Sequence record: PQ850613.1
DNA length: 64,000 bases
Strand: one strand, 5' to 3'
Source of the DNA: Escherichia phage KarlSchell_Bas89
Shown: in pieces, positions 47,377 through 56,914 of the stretch
Layout of the letters: every line of letters starts with the position of its first letter
How positions within the stretch are numbered: position 1 is the stretch's first letter
Position numbers and translations under genes: made by a program
The notes under the pieces: model-generated
Database searches by the model: none
Told to the model about the DNA's origin: nothing
What the model saw: the letters and a program-made list of their open reading frames with translations, nothing else

Positions 47377-48657
47377 TTAATCTGCGATACTATCGCTTTC
47401 ATCAACCCAGACTGTACCATTAACCTGTCTTAGACGACGAGCTGACGCTTCGTTAATAGAGTTAACCCCTGCTGTGCGAGGGTTTGTGTACCAAGGTCGA
47501 GCTATGGTGCCCTCTCGAATCACTTGGTTCGTTTCGACATGCCATCTGTTTGATACCATGTTGGCTTCAAAGTTACCACCCGCTCCACCACTGATAGGCA
47601 CAGCTTGAGCTGGTTGGTTTACTCGGTTAGTTCCTGCCCCAAAGGATGCTGCAAATTCAGACATACGTGCATCAAATGCAGAACGAACACGCTGAGTAGG
47701 TGATATATCATTTCGTGTATCTACTGCACGAGGCATAGCCCAAGTATCATCTGTTGAGATATCAGGGGTAGGCTCTTGCTCTAGAGGTTGAAGATTAGCT
47801 GTCCATTGACTGTTCAGTATACGATAGAAATCTGCACCATAACCACTTCGGATAACATCTTCTCTGATACCAAAAAAGCGACTAATATCTCCACCGATTC
47901 GGGCCAACTTATCGTTGTATGTAGATACAGATACCCCACTTTCTGTTACTAAGTCAGAAACACGACTTGTTGTAAGTGGTGAGTTATTCCAACAATAATA
48001 GTCAGTAATGTGGCCGTCATACCCAAAGTATGCAACCTCTGCATCAGGCCATTTCTTGTGGACATATGCCACTTCGCGAGTAGAACAAACAGGGATTGCG
48101 CCTGTTTCAGTCATTGCATAGAAGCCGTCAGAAGAGAACCAAAGTGAGTCTAGTGCTAAGAATCCACGACACACACTTGGGAAAGTAGCAGCCAGCGCCC
48201 CAAGTGAGGTGGGTTCGTTGAACATTAACTGAACCTTTGCACCCTGATAATCAATCTCTAGGATATCTACAAAATTCAAAGAAGACCCAGGGGCATATTG
48301 ACTATTACTTCGTCCAATATCCTGCTCAACAAGAAGAGATCTTGTTTCAACACCATGAGCCTCTGCCCACTCTTTGAAATCTTCAAGGAACAAGCGAGCC
48401 TTAGCTCGCCACATCGACCGATCAGTTACGGATTGTCTCGGCAATCCGCCCTCTGTAGTGATGAGGAAGATATCAATGTCATGGGGCTCACGCGTCTGGA
48501 AGATTGCATCCCTAACAGCACCACCTGCAATGATAGGGTACACACCATCAGGGATTAAACGGTTTGCAATCAACTCGTTAATTAACGTAAGACCAGACAT
48601 AAGCTGCGGACTGTCATCAATCCGACGACGAATTAGTGCATTAGGGATATTATACAT
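47377..48657 (-). CDS. pol-beta-superfamily nucleotidyltransferase (CCA-adding / poly(A) polymerase-like head) with a long unknown C-terminal region
   Basis: 'IIAGGAVRDAIF...PHDIDIF' matches the GGxVRD...DxD nucleotidyltransferase signature; directly abuts the exonuclease gene. Confidence 0.5.
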   Translation of the reverse strand: MYNIPNALIRRRIDDSPQLMSGLTLINELIANRLIPDGVYPIIAGGAVRDAIFQTREPHDIDIFLITTEGGLPRQSVTDRSMWRAKARLFLEDFKEWAEAHGVETRSLLVEQDIGRSNSQYAPGSSLNFVDILEIDYQGAKVQLMFNEPTSLGALAATFPSVCRGFLALDSLWFSSDGFYAMTETGAIPVCSTREVAYVHKKWPDAEVAYFGYDGHITDYYCWNNSPLTTSRVSDLVTESGVSVSTYNDKLARIGGDISRFFGIREDVIRSGYGADFYRILNSQWTANLQPLEQEPTPDISTDDTWAMPRAVDTRNDISPTQRVRSAFDARMSEFAASFGAGTNRVNQPAQAVPISGGAGGNFEANMVSNRWHVETNQVIREGTIARPWYTNPRTAGVNSINEASARRLRQVNGTVWVDESDSIAD

Positions 48658-49206
48658 TTACATTTTCCAATATAAAGATGGGGGGTCATTTGGGTCAAAG
48701 TTTGCAATATGACAAAGATATTTATAAACCTTAACCGTTAAGTTTACATCCTGTTCACAATAAGTAAACATGTCCTCTGTAAAGGCATCCCATGCTTCTT
48801 CCTGTTCACCGTAATCACCCTTAAGCTCTTCTAAGAACTCACCCCATTGCTTTAAGCCATGACCTCTTGGGCCATGTCTAGGGTCGCCTTTCGGATACTC
48901 AGGACTGTCACCAATACGGTCAGGTTTAAGATACCGACTCAGACATAAAGTGTCTAGGACGTTGAATTTGTAATCAATCAAATCAGGGTACATCTTCTTC
49001 AGAGCACATAAGTCGAAGTCAATAACGTTATGACCTACAACAACATCAGCCTCTGTAAGTTTCTTGATACCCTCTTCAATCTGGTGAGGACGAAATCCCC
49101 ACCGTTCACCAGTTGCTATATCAAAGATAAAGATACACCATACGTTTGTGATATCGTCGTACAGTGCATCACTCTCAATATCAAATGCGTAGACTTTCTT
49201 TACCAC
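48658..49206 (-). CDS. 3'-5' exonuclease (DnaQ-like; homolog of the T7 gp5 N-terminal exo domain) as a separate gene
   Basis: Exo I 'FDIESD', Exo II '[16 protein letters not shown]', 'YCEQDVNLT'; 182 aa; GTG start with GGAG RBS. Confidence 0.75.
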   Translation of the reverse strand: MVKKVYAFDIESDALYDDITNVWCIFIFDIATGERWGFRPHQIEEGIKKLTEADVVVGHNVIDFDLCALKKMYPDLIDYKFNVLDTLCLSRYLKPDRIGDSPEYPKGDPRHGPRGHGLKQWGEFLEELKGDYGEQEEAWDAFTEDMFTYCEQDVNLTVKVYKYLCHIANFDPNDPPSLYWKM

Positions 49207-50990
49207 GGGCTTTTCTCTCCATCTTGAGCAAGAAGTGATGCTGCATCCTCTCCATTTGTCAGCGAGAATGGATTTTCTTCATCAATTTCATGTTCTTCAC
49301 GCTCAAGCAGTCGTCCCGTCTCTCCTACATATTTCGTATAGCACACCCCTGTTTGTCCATAGTTACGCTCTTTGAGGAGTCGTATAATGGAGAGGTTCTT
49401 AGCCAGACCATCTGCTTGTTTGTCACGTTCAAAACCGATGATACATTGACACCAACGCATAAGAGAACGAGAGCCAGTAAACTGTACCTCTCGAACCTGA
49501 CCACCTTCTTCATGAGGTGCACCACCTGCCGGAGCATTGAGGTGAGATAATACGAATGCTGTGAAGTTTAATTCTTGACACATACCAGCAAGCTCGGAAG
49601 CAATCTTACTGATTTCAGTGTTAATCTCTGAAGGTGTTAAATGAGACACCAGAGCGGTAATATTATCAAGGATGATAAACTTACACTGGTTTTCAACAAC
49701 CCAGAAACGGATACACTGTTTAATGTCGGCCCATTCATTCTGACCAAAGTTATCATAGAGGAAGAATTTATCTGCATATCGAAGAGCTTCGTTACGCAAT
49801 GTATCTTCATCATACTCAACATCAGGTCTGTGGAAAGGGATAGATGCTGACTTACCTGCAATGTTCTTAACGGACATTCCGACCTTCTCTTCCAAGAAGA
49901 ATCCACCACCATTAAAACCATGCTCAAGACAAAGCCAAGCAACCAGTTCATGTGCAATCAGTGTTTTACCAGAGCCTACACCGCCACCAATTGCTACCAT
50001 CTCTCCCCAACGAATACCGTAGGTCATCTCATTAAGAGTCTTCCACGGATATGGGATACCCCACTCTGCTTTCTTCAGAGCATCATCTAAGCAATCAAAA
50101 ACAGTTACAGCACCAGCTGGAGATTCACGCTTCGCTGAATATTTAAGAATGTTAAACAACTCCTGACCACGACCAGAGAGAAGCATATCATTCGCATCTT
50201 TAAGTTCTTTCTCAACACCATTGTACTGGAAAGAACCTTTAGGAATACGAGCAAACTTCACATGTGGGAACAGAGCACGCCCTTTGGTAAGAGCAATCTC
50301 ACCAGCATCATCGTTGTCCATACAGAGGACAACCTCTTCAAAACCATTCAAGAACTCACGGTTGCGAGATAGAACGGAAGAGATTGACCCTGCACCGAAT
50401 GGTAAAGAGACACACGCTGGTTTAATGTTTGTTGCATTTGTAAAAGCTGTAAGAACGTGGAAGCCAGACATACAAGACAAGGGGTCTTCAAAGATGAAGA
50501 GCTTCTTATTGTACACATCTCCACGTTTAGCCTGTGCCATACCAAACAAATCAGCTTCTTTCACACTACCGATGTAATAAAACTTTTTACTATCGAGCAG
50601 TTTAACCTCATAACCGACAATGTTTCCATCACGTTCACGAGGGAAGAAGTAACTATCCGGTGTCTGACCATCAGTTTGACTGAGACCTATACGACACTCA
50701 AAACGCTCTGATACAGCTTTAGGGATTAATCGACGAGTGAGTTCTCCTTGAGGTAACTCCAAGCAATCATCCAAGACTTCTCGAAGTTCTTCAGGGGACA
50801 GCTCTTTCTTTTCATTTGGTGTAGGTGTCGTGCCTTTCTCAAAGACTTCGTAATTACCACACCGGTTGCAACTTCCAAAAGTTTCTTCAGTTTCTTCGTT
50901 ATGAAACAGAATCATATGATTGCCGGTCTTGTCCCTACCATGTGACTGGCATTCTTTACAAGCGCAATCTCCAATAATCTTTTTAGACAT
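49200..50990 (-). CDS. primase-helicase (T7 gp4-like); start trimmed to ATG 50990
   Basis: Zinc ribbon '[10 protein letters not shown]...CNRCG'; helicase Walker A 'GGGVGSGKT'; 'IILDNITA'; 'HLNAPAGG'. Confidence 0.85.
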   Translation of the reverse strand: MSKKIIGDCACKECQSHGRDKTGNHMILFHNEETEETFGSCNRCGNYEVFEKGTTPTPNEKKELSPEELREVLDDCLELPQGELTRRLIPKAVSERFECRIGLSQTDGQTPDSYFFPRERDGNIVGYEVKLLDSKKFYYIGSVKEADLFGMAQAKRGDVYNKKLFIFEDPLSCMSGFHVLTAFTNATNIKPACVSLPFGAGSISSVLSRNREFLNGFEEVVLCMDNDDAGEIALTKGRALFPHVKFARIPKGSFQYNGVEKELKDANDMLLSGRGQELFNILKYSAKRESPAGAVTVFDCLDDALKKAEWGIPYPWKTLNEMTYGIRWGEMVAIGGGVGSGKTLIAHELVAWLCLEHGFNGGGFFLEEKVGMSVKNIAGKSASIPFHRPDVEYDEDTLRNEALRYADKFFLYDNFGQNEWADIKQCIRFWVVENQCKFIILDNITALVSHLTPSEINTEISKIASELAGMCQELNFTAFVLSHLNAPAGGAPHEEGGQVREVQFTGSRSLMRWCQCIIGFERDKQADGLAKNLSIIRLLKERNYGQTGVCYTKYVGETGRLLEREEHEIDEENPFSLTNGEDAASLLAQDGEKSPW

Positions 50991-51474
50991 ATAATCTCCA
51001 TCCGTGAGTTTGTTTATATTCTCCGCTATATAACCTGTAAAGGGCGGCAGAATCAACACCAGAAAGCCTTGAAAGCTGTCTTATACTATCACCTGAAACA
51101 ATTTCCCCATTACTAGAGACGATCGACATACTCTTACCAAAAGAATATATCTGATTGTACTCAGAAGTGCACCACTCTAGATTCTCTACCAGATTATTAT
51201 CTGGCTGTTCATCTATATGATTAACTTGAGGTAAGTTTTCAGGGTTAGGAAGGAAAGCTATAGCTACTAATCTGTGTACACTTCTAGTACATTTAACACC
51301 TTCAGAGTTTGTCATTCTCACGTAAAGATATTTACGACTATAATGTAGAGACTTGATAGCTGGCTCTGTGGGAGGTTTTCTCCCACGTCCAGTAATTCTC
51401 CAAGATCTTATACGTCCAAAGGATGAAACCTCATACCCCGGAAAATCTGTAATTGGTTTCCATTCTTCTGACAT
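50983..51474 (-). CDS. HNH homing endonuclease
   Basis: 'HRLVAIAFLPNPENLPQVNHIDEQPDNNLVENLEW'. Confidence 0.8.
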   Translation of the reverse strand: MSEEWKPITDFPGYEVSSFGRIRSWRITGRGRKPPTEPAIKSLHYSRKYLYVRMTNSEGVKCTRSVHRLVAIAFLPNPENLPQVNHIDEQPDNNLVENLEWCTSEYNQIYSFGKSMSIVSSNGEIVSGDSIRQLSRLSGVDSAALYRLYSGEYKQTHGWRLYV

Positions 51475-51511
51475 GCTCTATCCTCCTTGGATTCTCCTTG
51501 AGCAAACTACC

Positions 51512-51721
51512 TTACTTATAAAAACTTCGAATCATGTCCCAGATTTCTTCCTGCTGGACCCTAAAGAAAGCTAAACGTGTCGATGTACGTTCAATAAATT
51601 CTTCACTATGCTTTTCTCTATCTAGCATACTGACAAGCTTTTCATATTTATTGATCTTCCATCGCATTTTTAAATAGTCTGATTCTAGTGTCCTTAACCT
51701 CTGACACTCAATCAAATCCAT
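51512..51721 (-). CDS. hypothetical protein
   Basis: 69-aa ORF abutting the AIG2-like gene. Confidence 0.3.
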   Translation of the reverse strand: MDLIECQRLRTLESDYLKMRWKINKYEKLVSMLDREKHSEEFIERTSTRLAFFRVQQEEIWDMIRSFYK

Positions 51722-52140
51722 CAGTTATCCTCTGACAGATAAAGAGACCAGTCACCAGATTCAACCAGTTCATCTTGCTCTTCATCAATGTGATAAATCC
51801 AAGCAGTGACAGTTTCACCACTATCCAGAACCACTTCGATAGGTGTACGCTTATAGAAAGTGTGTGGGTTGTCATTACCACGATGCCCTTCCAGCATGTC
51901 ATAAGCACCCTCAACACCGTCCATGTCAGTTTTAAACACTTCAACACGAACAGGTTTACCGTTACTGCTGTGTTCCAGAGAAACACTTGGGAAGTATGAA
52001 CCACCGTAGCGGTACAGGTTGTAGTTTTCTTTAGTGAAACCTTCACCAATCGATTCAGCACCTGCACGAGCATTCACTCGGAAGTTAGCCTGACCAGTAC
52101 GAAGAGAACCATAAGTTGCTACATAAATTACTTCTGACAT
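51721..52140 (-). CDS. gamma-glutamyl cyclotransferase-like (AIG2/GGCT fold) protein
   Basis: N-terminal 'YVATYGSLRTGQANF' matches the GGCT/AIG2 'YGSL' motif; ~140 aa. Confidence 0.6.
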   Translation of the reverse strand: MSEVIYVATYGSLRTGQANFRVNARAGAESIGEGFTKENYNLYRYGGSYFPSVSLEHSSNGKPVRVEVFKTDMDGVEGAYDMLEGHRGNDNPHTFYKRTPIEVVLDSGETVTAWIYHIDEEQDELVESGDWSLYLSEDN

Positions 52141-52211
52141 TTTAAATACCTTTGTTCATTGTTTAGTTAATCCGAACTAGCCTCCTCTTTCGAAGAAGCT
52201 AGAGCAGATTG

Positions 52212-52394
52212 CTATGCTGTGAAGTTTTTGATTACACCGCAAATAACATCTGTTTCAAACGTACCCACCAGAACATCGTCTCGGTAGAAGTTAATCGCCT
52301 TACCATCTCGGTTAAAGTGATCTGCTTCAATGAGCATAGATTGTACCTGACCATCTGGAGTGGAGGTTCGAAAGATGACGTTATACTGACTCAT
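52212..52394 (-). CDS. hypothetical protein
   Basis: 60-aa ORF inside the cluster. Confidence 0.3.
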   Translation of the reverse strand: MSQYNVIFRTSTPDGQVQSMLIEADHFNRDGKAINFYRDDVLVGTFETDVICGVIKNFTA

Positions 52395-52633
52395 AAAGAA
52401 GTTACTCCCTTATCTTCTTGGGCGATAGAGATGATACGACTCACACACTGCATTGAGTACTCATCACCACGCTTTAGGAACGTTACGATAGCAGAGAATT
52501 GATTACCAATCATCCGCTCATTTGTAATACCGAACTCTTTGCAGAGTTCTTTCAGTTTGCTACGAGAACCAATAATCAGAGGTTCTTTTTCTTCAGTCAT
52601 TCCACGACTAATCAAATCTTCAATAGACAACAT
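52391..52633 (-). CDS. hypothetical protein
   Basis: 80-aa ORF, stop-start coupled. Confidence 0.3.
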   Translation of the reverse strand: MLSIEDLISRGMTEEKEPLIIGSRSKLKELCKEFGITNERMIGNQFSAIVTFLKRGDEYSMQCVSRIISIAQEDKGVTSL

Positions 52634-52656
52634 AATTCCATTCCTTGGGGGTTTAA

Positions 52657-53874
52657 TTAAAAGTTTACTGCTTCACCATCAACGGTAGTTACTGATGCAA
52701 GACGACGAACACGGCCAATCTGTTCACGACTGATTGGAGTATTCCAACCAGAGCGATAGAAGTTGCGACCACAGAAGAACACAACAACATTAGAAGCAAT
52801 CCGTCCGTAGTTACGATCAGGGTGATTGATGTTAGCAAGATAATAACCACGGGTCAAGTTTGCATTTTCGTTGATATGCCGAGCATTTGGTGCAGTTGTT
52901 TCAGCTTGCATCATTTCAGGAACATCTTCTACGATAGGCTCAACCGTAGGTTCATCACCAGCTAAAGCAAAGTTCTCATCAGCAGCCTCTTCTGCATCAT
53001 CTTCCAGCTCCACAGTTTCCTGAATAACTGGCAGAGGGTATGCTACACGATACTCAGGGTTTTGACCACGGAGAGATTCAACATACTGCAAGAAGTTGTG
53101 CTGGTAAGTTTCCAGAGTTGTACCAGTCAGGCCCGGAGCGGTATTAACTTCTAACACCCACGCTTCCTCACCTTTACTGATAAGATCAACAGCACCAAAG
53201 TTAAGACCGAGTGCTTGTACTGCTTTGTGCGCTTGAATTAGAACCTGATCAGGTGGTGAATCATTAAAAGAGTTGGAATAAACCCAACCAGTGTGGTGAT
53301 TACGAACATCTTCACGATAGTCAGGGTTATCACGATACCCATTACGACGAATCTTCTTCTGGACGTAAGTAATAACACCTTCAAAAACATGCACACGCCA
53401 TTCACGACGTGGACCAGTGATTGCTTTTGTATACAGAGGAGCCTCAGCAACACCCTCACGAGGAAGACGAACAGTGATGCCTTCACCAGAGTGACCATTA
53501 AGTACACCACGTTCGTAAACAATACTGTTTTGGTTCCAGTTAAGTGCTTCATCTCGGTTAGTGGTATACTCAACAGTCTTGACTTCCGCAAGACGCATGG
53601 CATTGAAAGCTGCAACCTTGTTAGCCGCACGATTCAATGCTGCTACGTTGTTCAGAACCGTTGCACCTTCGAAGAAGGATTCTTGATAACGACGGTTTCC
53701 ATAGTTGATAATCACGTCACCAGAACGAGCACGGAATCGGCTGGTTCCATCAGACAGAAGAGTCATTGCGTTGGCATTGATTCGGTTGTCACGGAGATGT
53801 TGATTCAAGCTGGATACCAGAGCATTAACAGAATCAGAAGGGCCATAAGGGAGAACACGGATACGAGTAGTCAT
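52657..53874 (-). CDS. ATP-grasp ligase (RimK/GshB-like)
   Basis: 'FGAVDLISKGEEAWVLEVNTAPGLTG' matches the ATP-grasp C-terminal motif; acidic linker region. Confidence 0.7.
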   Translation of the reverse strand: MTTRIRVLPYGPSDSVNALVSSLNQHLRDNRINANAMTLLSDGTSRFRARSGDVIINYGNRRYQESFFEGATVLNNVAALNRAANKVAAFNAMRLAEVKTVEYTTNRDEALNWNQNSIVYERGVLNGHSGEGITVRLPREGVAEAPLYTKAITGPRREWRVHVFEGVITYVQKKIRRNGYRDNPDYREDVRNHHTGWVYSNSFNDSPPDQVLIQAHKAVQALGLNFGAVDLISKGEEAWVLEVNTAPGLTGTTLETYQHNFLQYVESLRGQNPEYRVAYPLPVIQETVELEDDAEEAADENFALAGDEPTVEPIVEDVPEMMQAETTAPNARHINENANLTRGYYLANINHPDRNYGRIASNVVVFFCGRNFYRSGWNTPISREQIGRVRRLASVTTVDGEAVNF

Positions 53875-53876
53875 TT

Positions 53877-54110
53877 TTAGATACCTTTAAGTTTAAGAAT
53901 TTCGTTGCGAGTACGTTGGATACGTTCTTCAAGAGTGTGATAATCAAAGATGCACATCTCTTCTGCTTCATCAGAAGGTGCATCCATTAAACCCATAGCA
54001 ATCGGATACACCTTTCGCTGTTCCGTTGTCATGCCCTGTAGCCGGAGTCGTTGATACTCCAGCAGGGTAATTTTCGGCTTGTTAGTTTCCTTGCTTGACA
54101 TGAGGCTCAA
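53877..54110 (-). CDS. hypothetical protein
   Basis: 77-aa ORF. Confidence 0.3.
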   Translation of the reverse strand: MSLMSSKETNKPKITLLEYQRLRLQGMTTEQRKVYPIAMGLMDAPSDEAEEMCIFDYHTLEERIQRTRNEILKLKGI

Positions 54111-54315
54111 CCTTGATACCTTTCAGTTTCACATAGTCAGCCAGCACGTTGTTAATAACTGTTGGGAAAGGAATCTCAACAGGTGCATTAACTAACCCAC
54201 CAATACCCTCTTGCATCCACTTCTGGATTGCACGAAGGTTATCACATCCTGTGCTTGTCATTGGAATACGGCGAGTGGTTACAACGTTATCCAACATCAT
54301 CTTACGAATTTCCAA
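54082..54315 (-). CDS. hypothetical protein
   Basis: 77-aa ORF. Confidence 0.3.
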   Translation of the reverse strand: MEIRKMMLDNVVTTRRIPMTSTGCDNLRAIQKWMQEGIGGLVNAPVEIPFPTVINNVLADYVKLKGIKVEPHVKQGN

Positions 54316-54811
54316 GGTACACCTCTACATTTTCATTTAGTTTAGCAAAAGATTTGTGATGAATAGGAGCTGCTTTATTGTAAGCATTTGCTGCATCTTC
54401 CTCGGTAGAAAACCTACCAAGATACAGAAGCTTACCATCAACTCGAATCCTCGCTTCCCATTTACCAGAATTGAAGTATATTCCTTTATACTTGGTATTT
54501 TTACCATTCATAACAGAACAGTTTCTACTATTTCCTGCTGCATCAGCTTCTCTAAGATTTTCGGGATGCTGATCATCTCGGATACCATTGATATGGTCTA
54601 CATATTTAGGAAGGTATCCATTATACATAAAGAAAGCTACCCTATGTGCTAGGTATGTCTTTCTTTTGAATCCGATTTGAATATACCCGCTATCTTTGTT
54701 TAGGCTTCCAGCAAAATCTCCAACTTGTTTCATCGGGGTAGGTTGTTTCCAATAGAGACTCCCCTCTTTATGTTCCAACCTAGATGCAAGCTCTATTAGT
54801 GTTTCATCCAC
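54302..54811 (-). CDS. HNH homing endonuclease with AP2-like domain, inserted inside the ligase cluster
   Basis: 'HRVAFFMYNGYLPKYVDHINGIRDDQHPENLR' plus 'KGIYFNSGKWEARIRVDGKLLYLGRFSTEEDAANAYN'. Confidence 0.8.
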   Translation of the reverse strand: MDETLIELASRLEHKEGSLYWKQPTPMKQVGDFAGSLNKDSGYIQIGFKRKTYLAHRVAFFMYNGYLPKYVDHINGIRDDQHPENLREADAAGNSRNCSVMNGKNTKYKGIYFNSGKWEARIRVDGKLLYLGRFSTEEDAANAYNKAAPIHHKSFAKLNENVEVYLGNS

Positions 54812-54821
54812 TCTACACCTC

Positions 54822-56840
54822 TTAATTATGACCTTTACAGTGCACTGAATCGCACACCACTTGATTGGTATTGTTTAGTGTGCAGAGTTCTGCATCACGC
54901 CACGGAATCTTTTTAAAACAGACTGCACAAAACCCAAGAGTAGACCAGAGGGCTTTTGTGAAGGTTGCTGATCGGTTTCCATCGAAGGACGCAACTGTTC
55001 TGGTAATTGAGACTTTTGACTCACGAAAGGTTTCCGCTGCTGGAGCGGGTTCCTCCTTTGGGGTAGTCACTGCAATAGCATAAACACCACCCCAACGCTT
55101 CTCAATGTAAGCACCGAACACATCTTCCAGAGTGATTTCACTCTTACGTTTGGTTGAGGATTCCATGACAATCATGTTGTCCAGAATCTTTTGATCAACA
55201 CGAAGAGCTACTTCAGGACGTCGAGCACTTGTTGTATCAACATACTTGGTCCAAACATAACCCTCTTTCAGAGTGACTTGAGTTGCTTGCTTCTTTGCTT
55301 TATTAGCACAGATTTTACAAACATCGTCACTACGAAGTTTACTGAACTCTTCATCAAATTCAAAGTCAGACTTCACTTCGCCGCACACTGAACAAACGCC
55401 GATAGGAATCTCATCCTCTTCAACGTCTTCCACTTGCTTCTGGATAGAGTCAAAACAAGCTTTATGCCAATATGCTTGGTATGCGAAGATCGCACTTGGT
55501 GCTTCTTTCCAGTCGATGTGCTTATCACAGCCACCACAATCACCGTGGGAATGGGCTTCCCAGAACTTACGAGTGATAGTCACCCCATTCTTGCTGACAA
55601 AACTATCCTCTGCGTCAAAAGGGATATCATCATCGAAATCAGCAGTAGTGCTTTCCGGCTCCTTTTTCGACAAATCAAAGAAGTGACCAGAGATTAACAC
55701 CAGACGAATCATGCTATTAACTTCAGAGATACAGCCAACCGTACCACGGTAAACCATATGCTTGTTCTTAAGAGCAGCTTCATAATCAGTTTGCAGGATG
55801 TTATGAACATCACCCTCAATATACTCTTGAGCTTTGTCATCATAAATATAACCAACCATCTTACCGCGATCGGTATCTTTATAACAAACAAACTCATGAG
55901 GAATAATATCAACCTGCATATCACGACGGATATCAACACCTTTGTCAGAGGCGATCTTGTTTTGTTTCAAGATTGCTTCACGACGACGTACATCACCTGC
56001 GGTTACGCCGGGCTTTCTTTGCTCGTCGCTGTTCCCGTTTAAGTAACTTTTTACTACGCTTGAGTGGTTGTTGCTGTAGCTGTTCGAGTAATAACTGCCC
56101 CAACGCGTTGCTACCGTAAAAACCGGGAGTTCATGTACGACCTCCTCTACCAAAGTCATCTTGTTGTCAGAAACATCAAAGATGTACTCTGTACCGACCT
56201 TACACTCAAAGTGCTCATCAATTCGGTTCTTGTGGCTCTTAGAACGCTGAAGAATCCACATCAACATCGCTTCTTCTGAAGCACCAAACCATGAAGTTCC
56301 CAGACGGGCCAGATGGAATGGACGCTCATCGTTGCGAATGATGTGAAGACGGTTATCACTTGCATCATGCCAGATCAGAGTGAATGCACCATCCAACTTC
56401 TGAATAGTCTCTGCTGCACCAATCTTGTTAATAGAGTGGCAGATATTCTCACTATCAACTTCAAAAGCCTTACTGTCAGGCAGGAGGTCTTGATCAACTA
56501 GGGTTCCGTTATGAACCAGAGTGATGTTTCCGTGAGAGAATGGGTGAGCGTTACGTGAGTTAATAGCGCCTTTCGTAGCATGTCGGCTGTGACCAACAAT
56601 CCATGAAGGAGGCACTGTGTAATTAGTAAGGCCAGTTGTCAGCTCGGTGTACTCTTTCTGTAACATGAAAGCATAGGAAGGCAGTGCTTCTTTATAAGAG
56701 AACACAGATCTTTCGCTTTTACGCTGACCGAAAATACCAGTTGAGTGTTGACCACGAAATACACCAGCGTAGAGAAGCTGGTTGTAAATATCTAAGTCAT
56801 AACTTGAGAGGCTTCCACCTGCTAATACGATACCACAAAT
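54822..56840 (-). CDS. class-II (Ntn) glutamine amidotransferase-domain protein with a long Cys-rich C-terminal region; predicted AUU start directly before the catalytic Cys
   Basis: In-frame 'CGIVLAGG...RGQHSTG...GHSRHATKGAINSRNAHPF...LVHNGTL' lies upstream of the track GTG start; frame reads TAG-AAA-ATT-TGT with SD AGGTGGA 7 nt before ATT. Confidence 0.65.
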   Translation of the reverse strand: MCGIVLAGGSLSSYDLDIYNQLLYAGVFRGQHSTGIFGQRKSERSVFSYKEALPSYAFMLQKEYTELTTGLTNYTVPPSWIVGHSRHATKGAINSRNAHPFSHGNITLVHNGTLVDQDLLPDSKAFEVDSENICHSINKIGAAETIQKLDGAFTLIWHDASDNRLHIIRNDERPFHLARLGTSWFGASEEAMLMWILQRSKSHKNRIDEHFECKVGTEYIFDVSDNKMTLVEEVVHELPVFTVATRWGSYYSNSYSNNHSSVVKSYLNGNSDEQRKPGVTAGDVRRREAILKQNKIASDKGVDIRRDMQVDIIPHEFVCYKDTDRGKMVGYIYDDKAQEYIEGDVHNILQTDYEAALKNKHMVYRGTVGCISEVNSMIRLVLISGHFFDLSKKEPESTTADFDDDIPFDAEDSFVSKNGVTITRKFWEAHSHGDCGGCDKHIDWKEAPSAIFAYQAYWHKACFDSIQKQVEDVEEDEIPIGVCSVCGEVKSDFEFDEEFSKLRSDDVCKICANKAKKQATQVTLKEGYVWTKYVDTTSARRPEVALRVDQKILDNMIVMESSTKRKSEITLEDVFGAYIEKRWGGVYAIAVTTPKEEPAPAAETFRESKVSITRTVASFDGNRSATFTKALWSTLGFCAVCFKKIPWRDAELCTLNNTNQVVCDSVHCKGHN

Positions 56841-56914
56841 TTTCTAATCCACCTGAAGGGTAAACCCTTTCATCTAATTAACCTTTAGTTGTGCCCCTTT
56901 CGAGGCACCCATTG

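Noticed and set aside
56705-56707. ORF-track GTG start for the amidotransferase
   Set aside because: It would delete the conserved catalytic N-terminus that is encoded in frame upstream; the upstream AUU with an SD is preferred.
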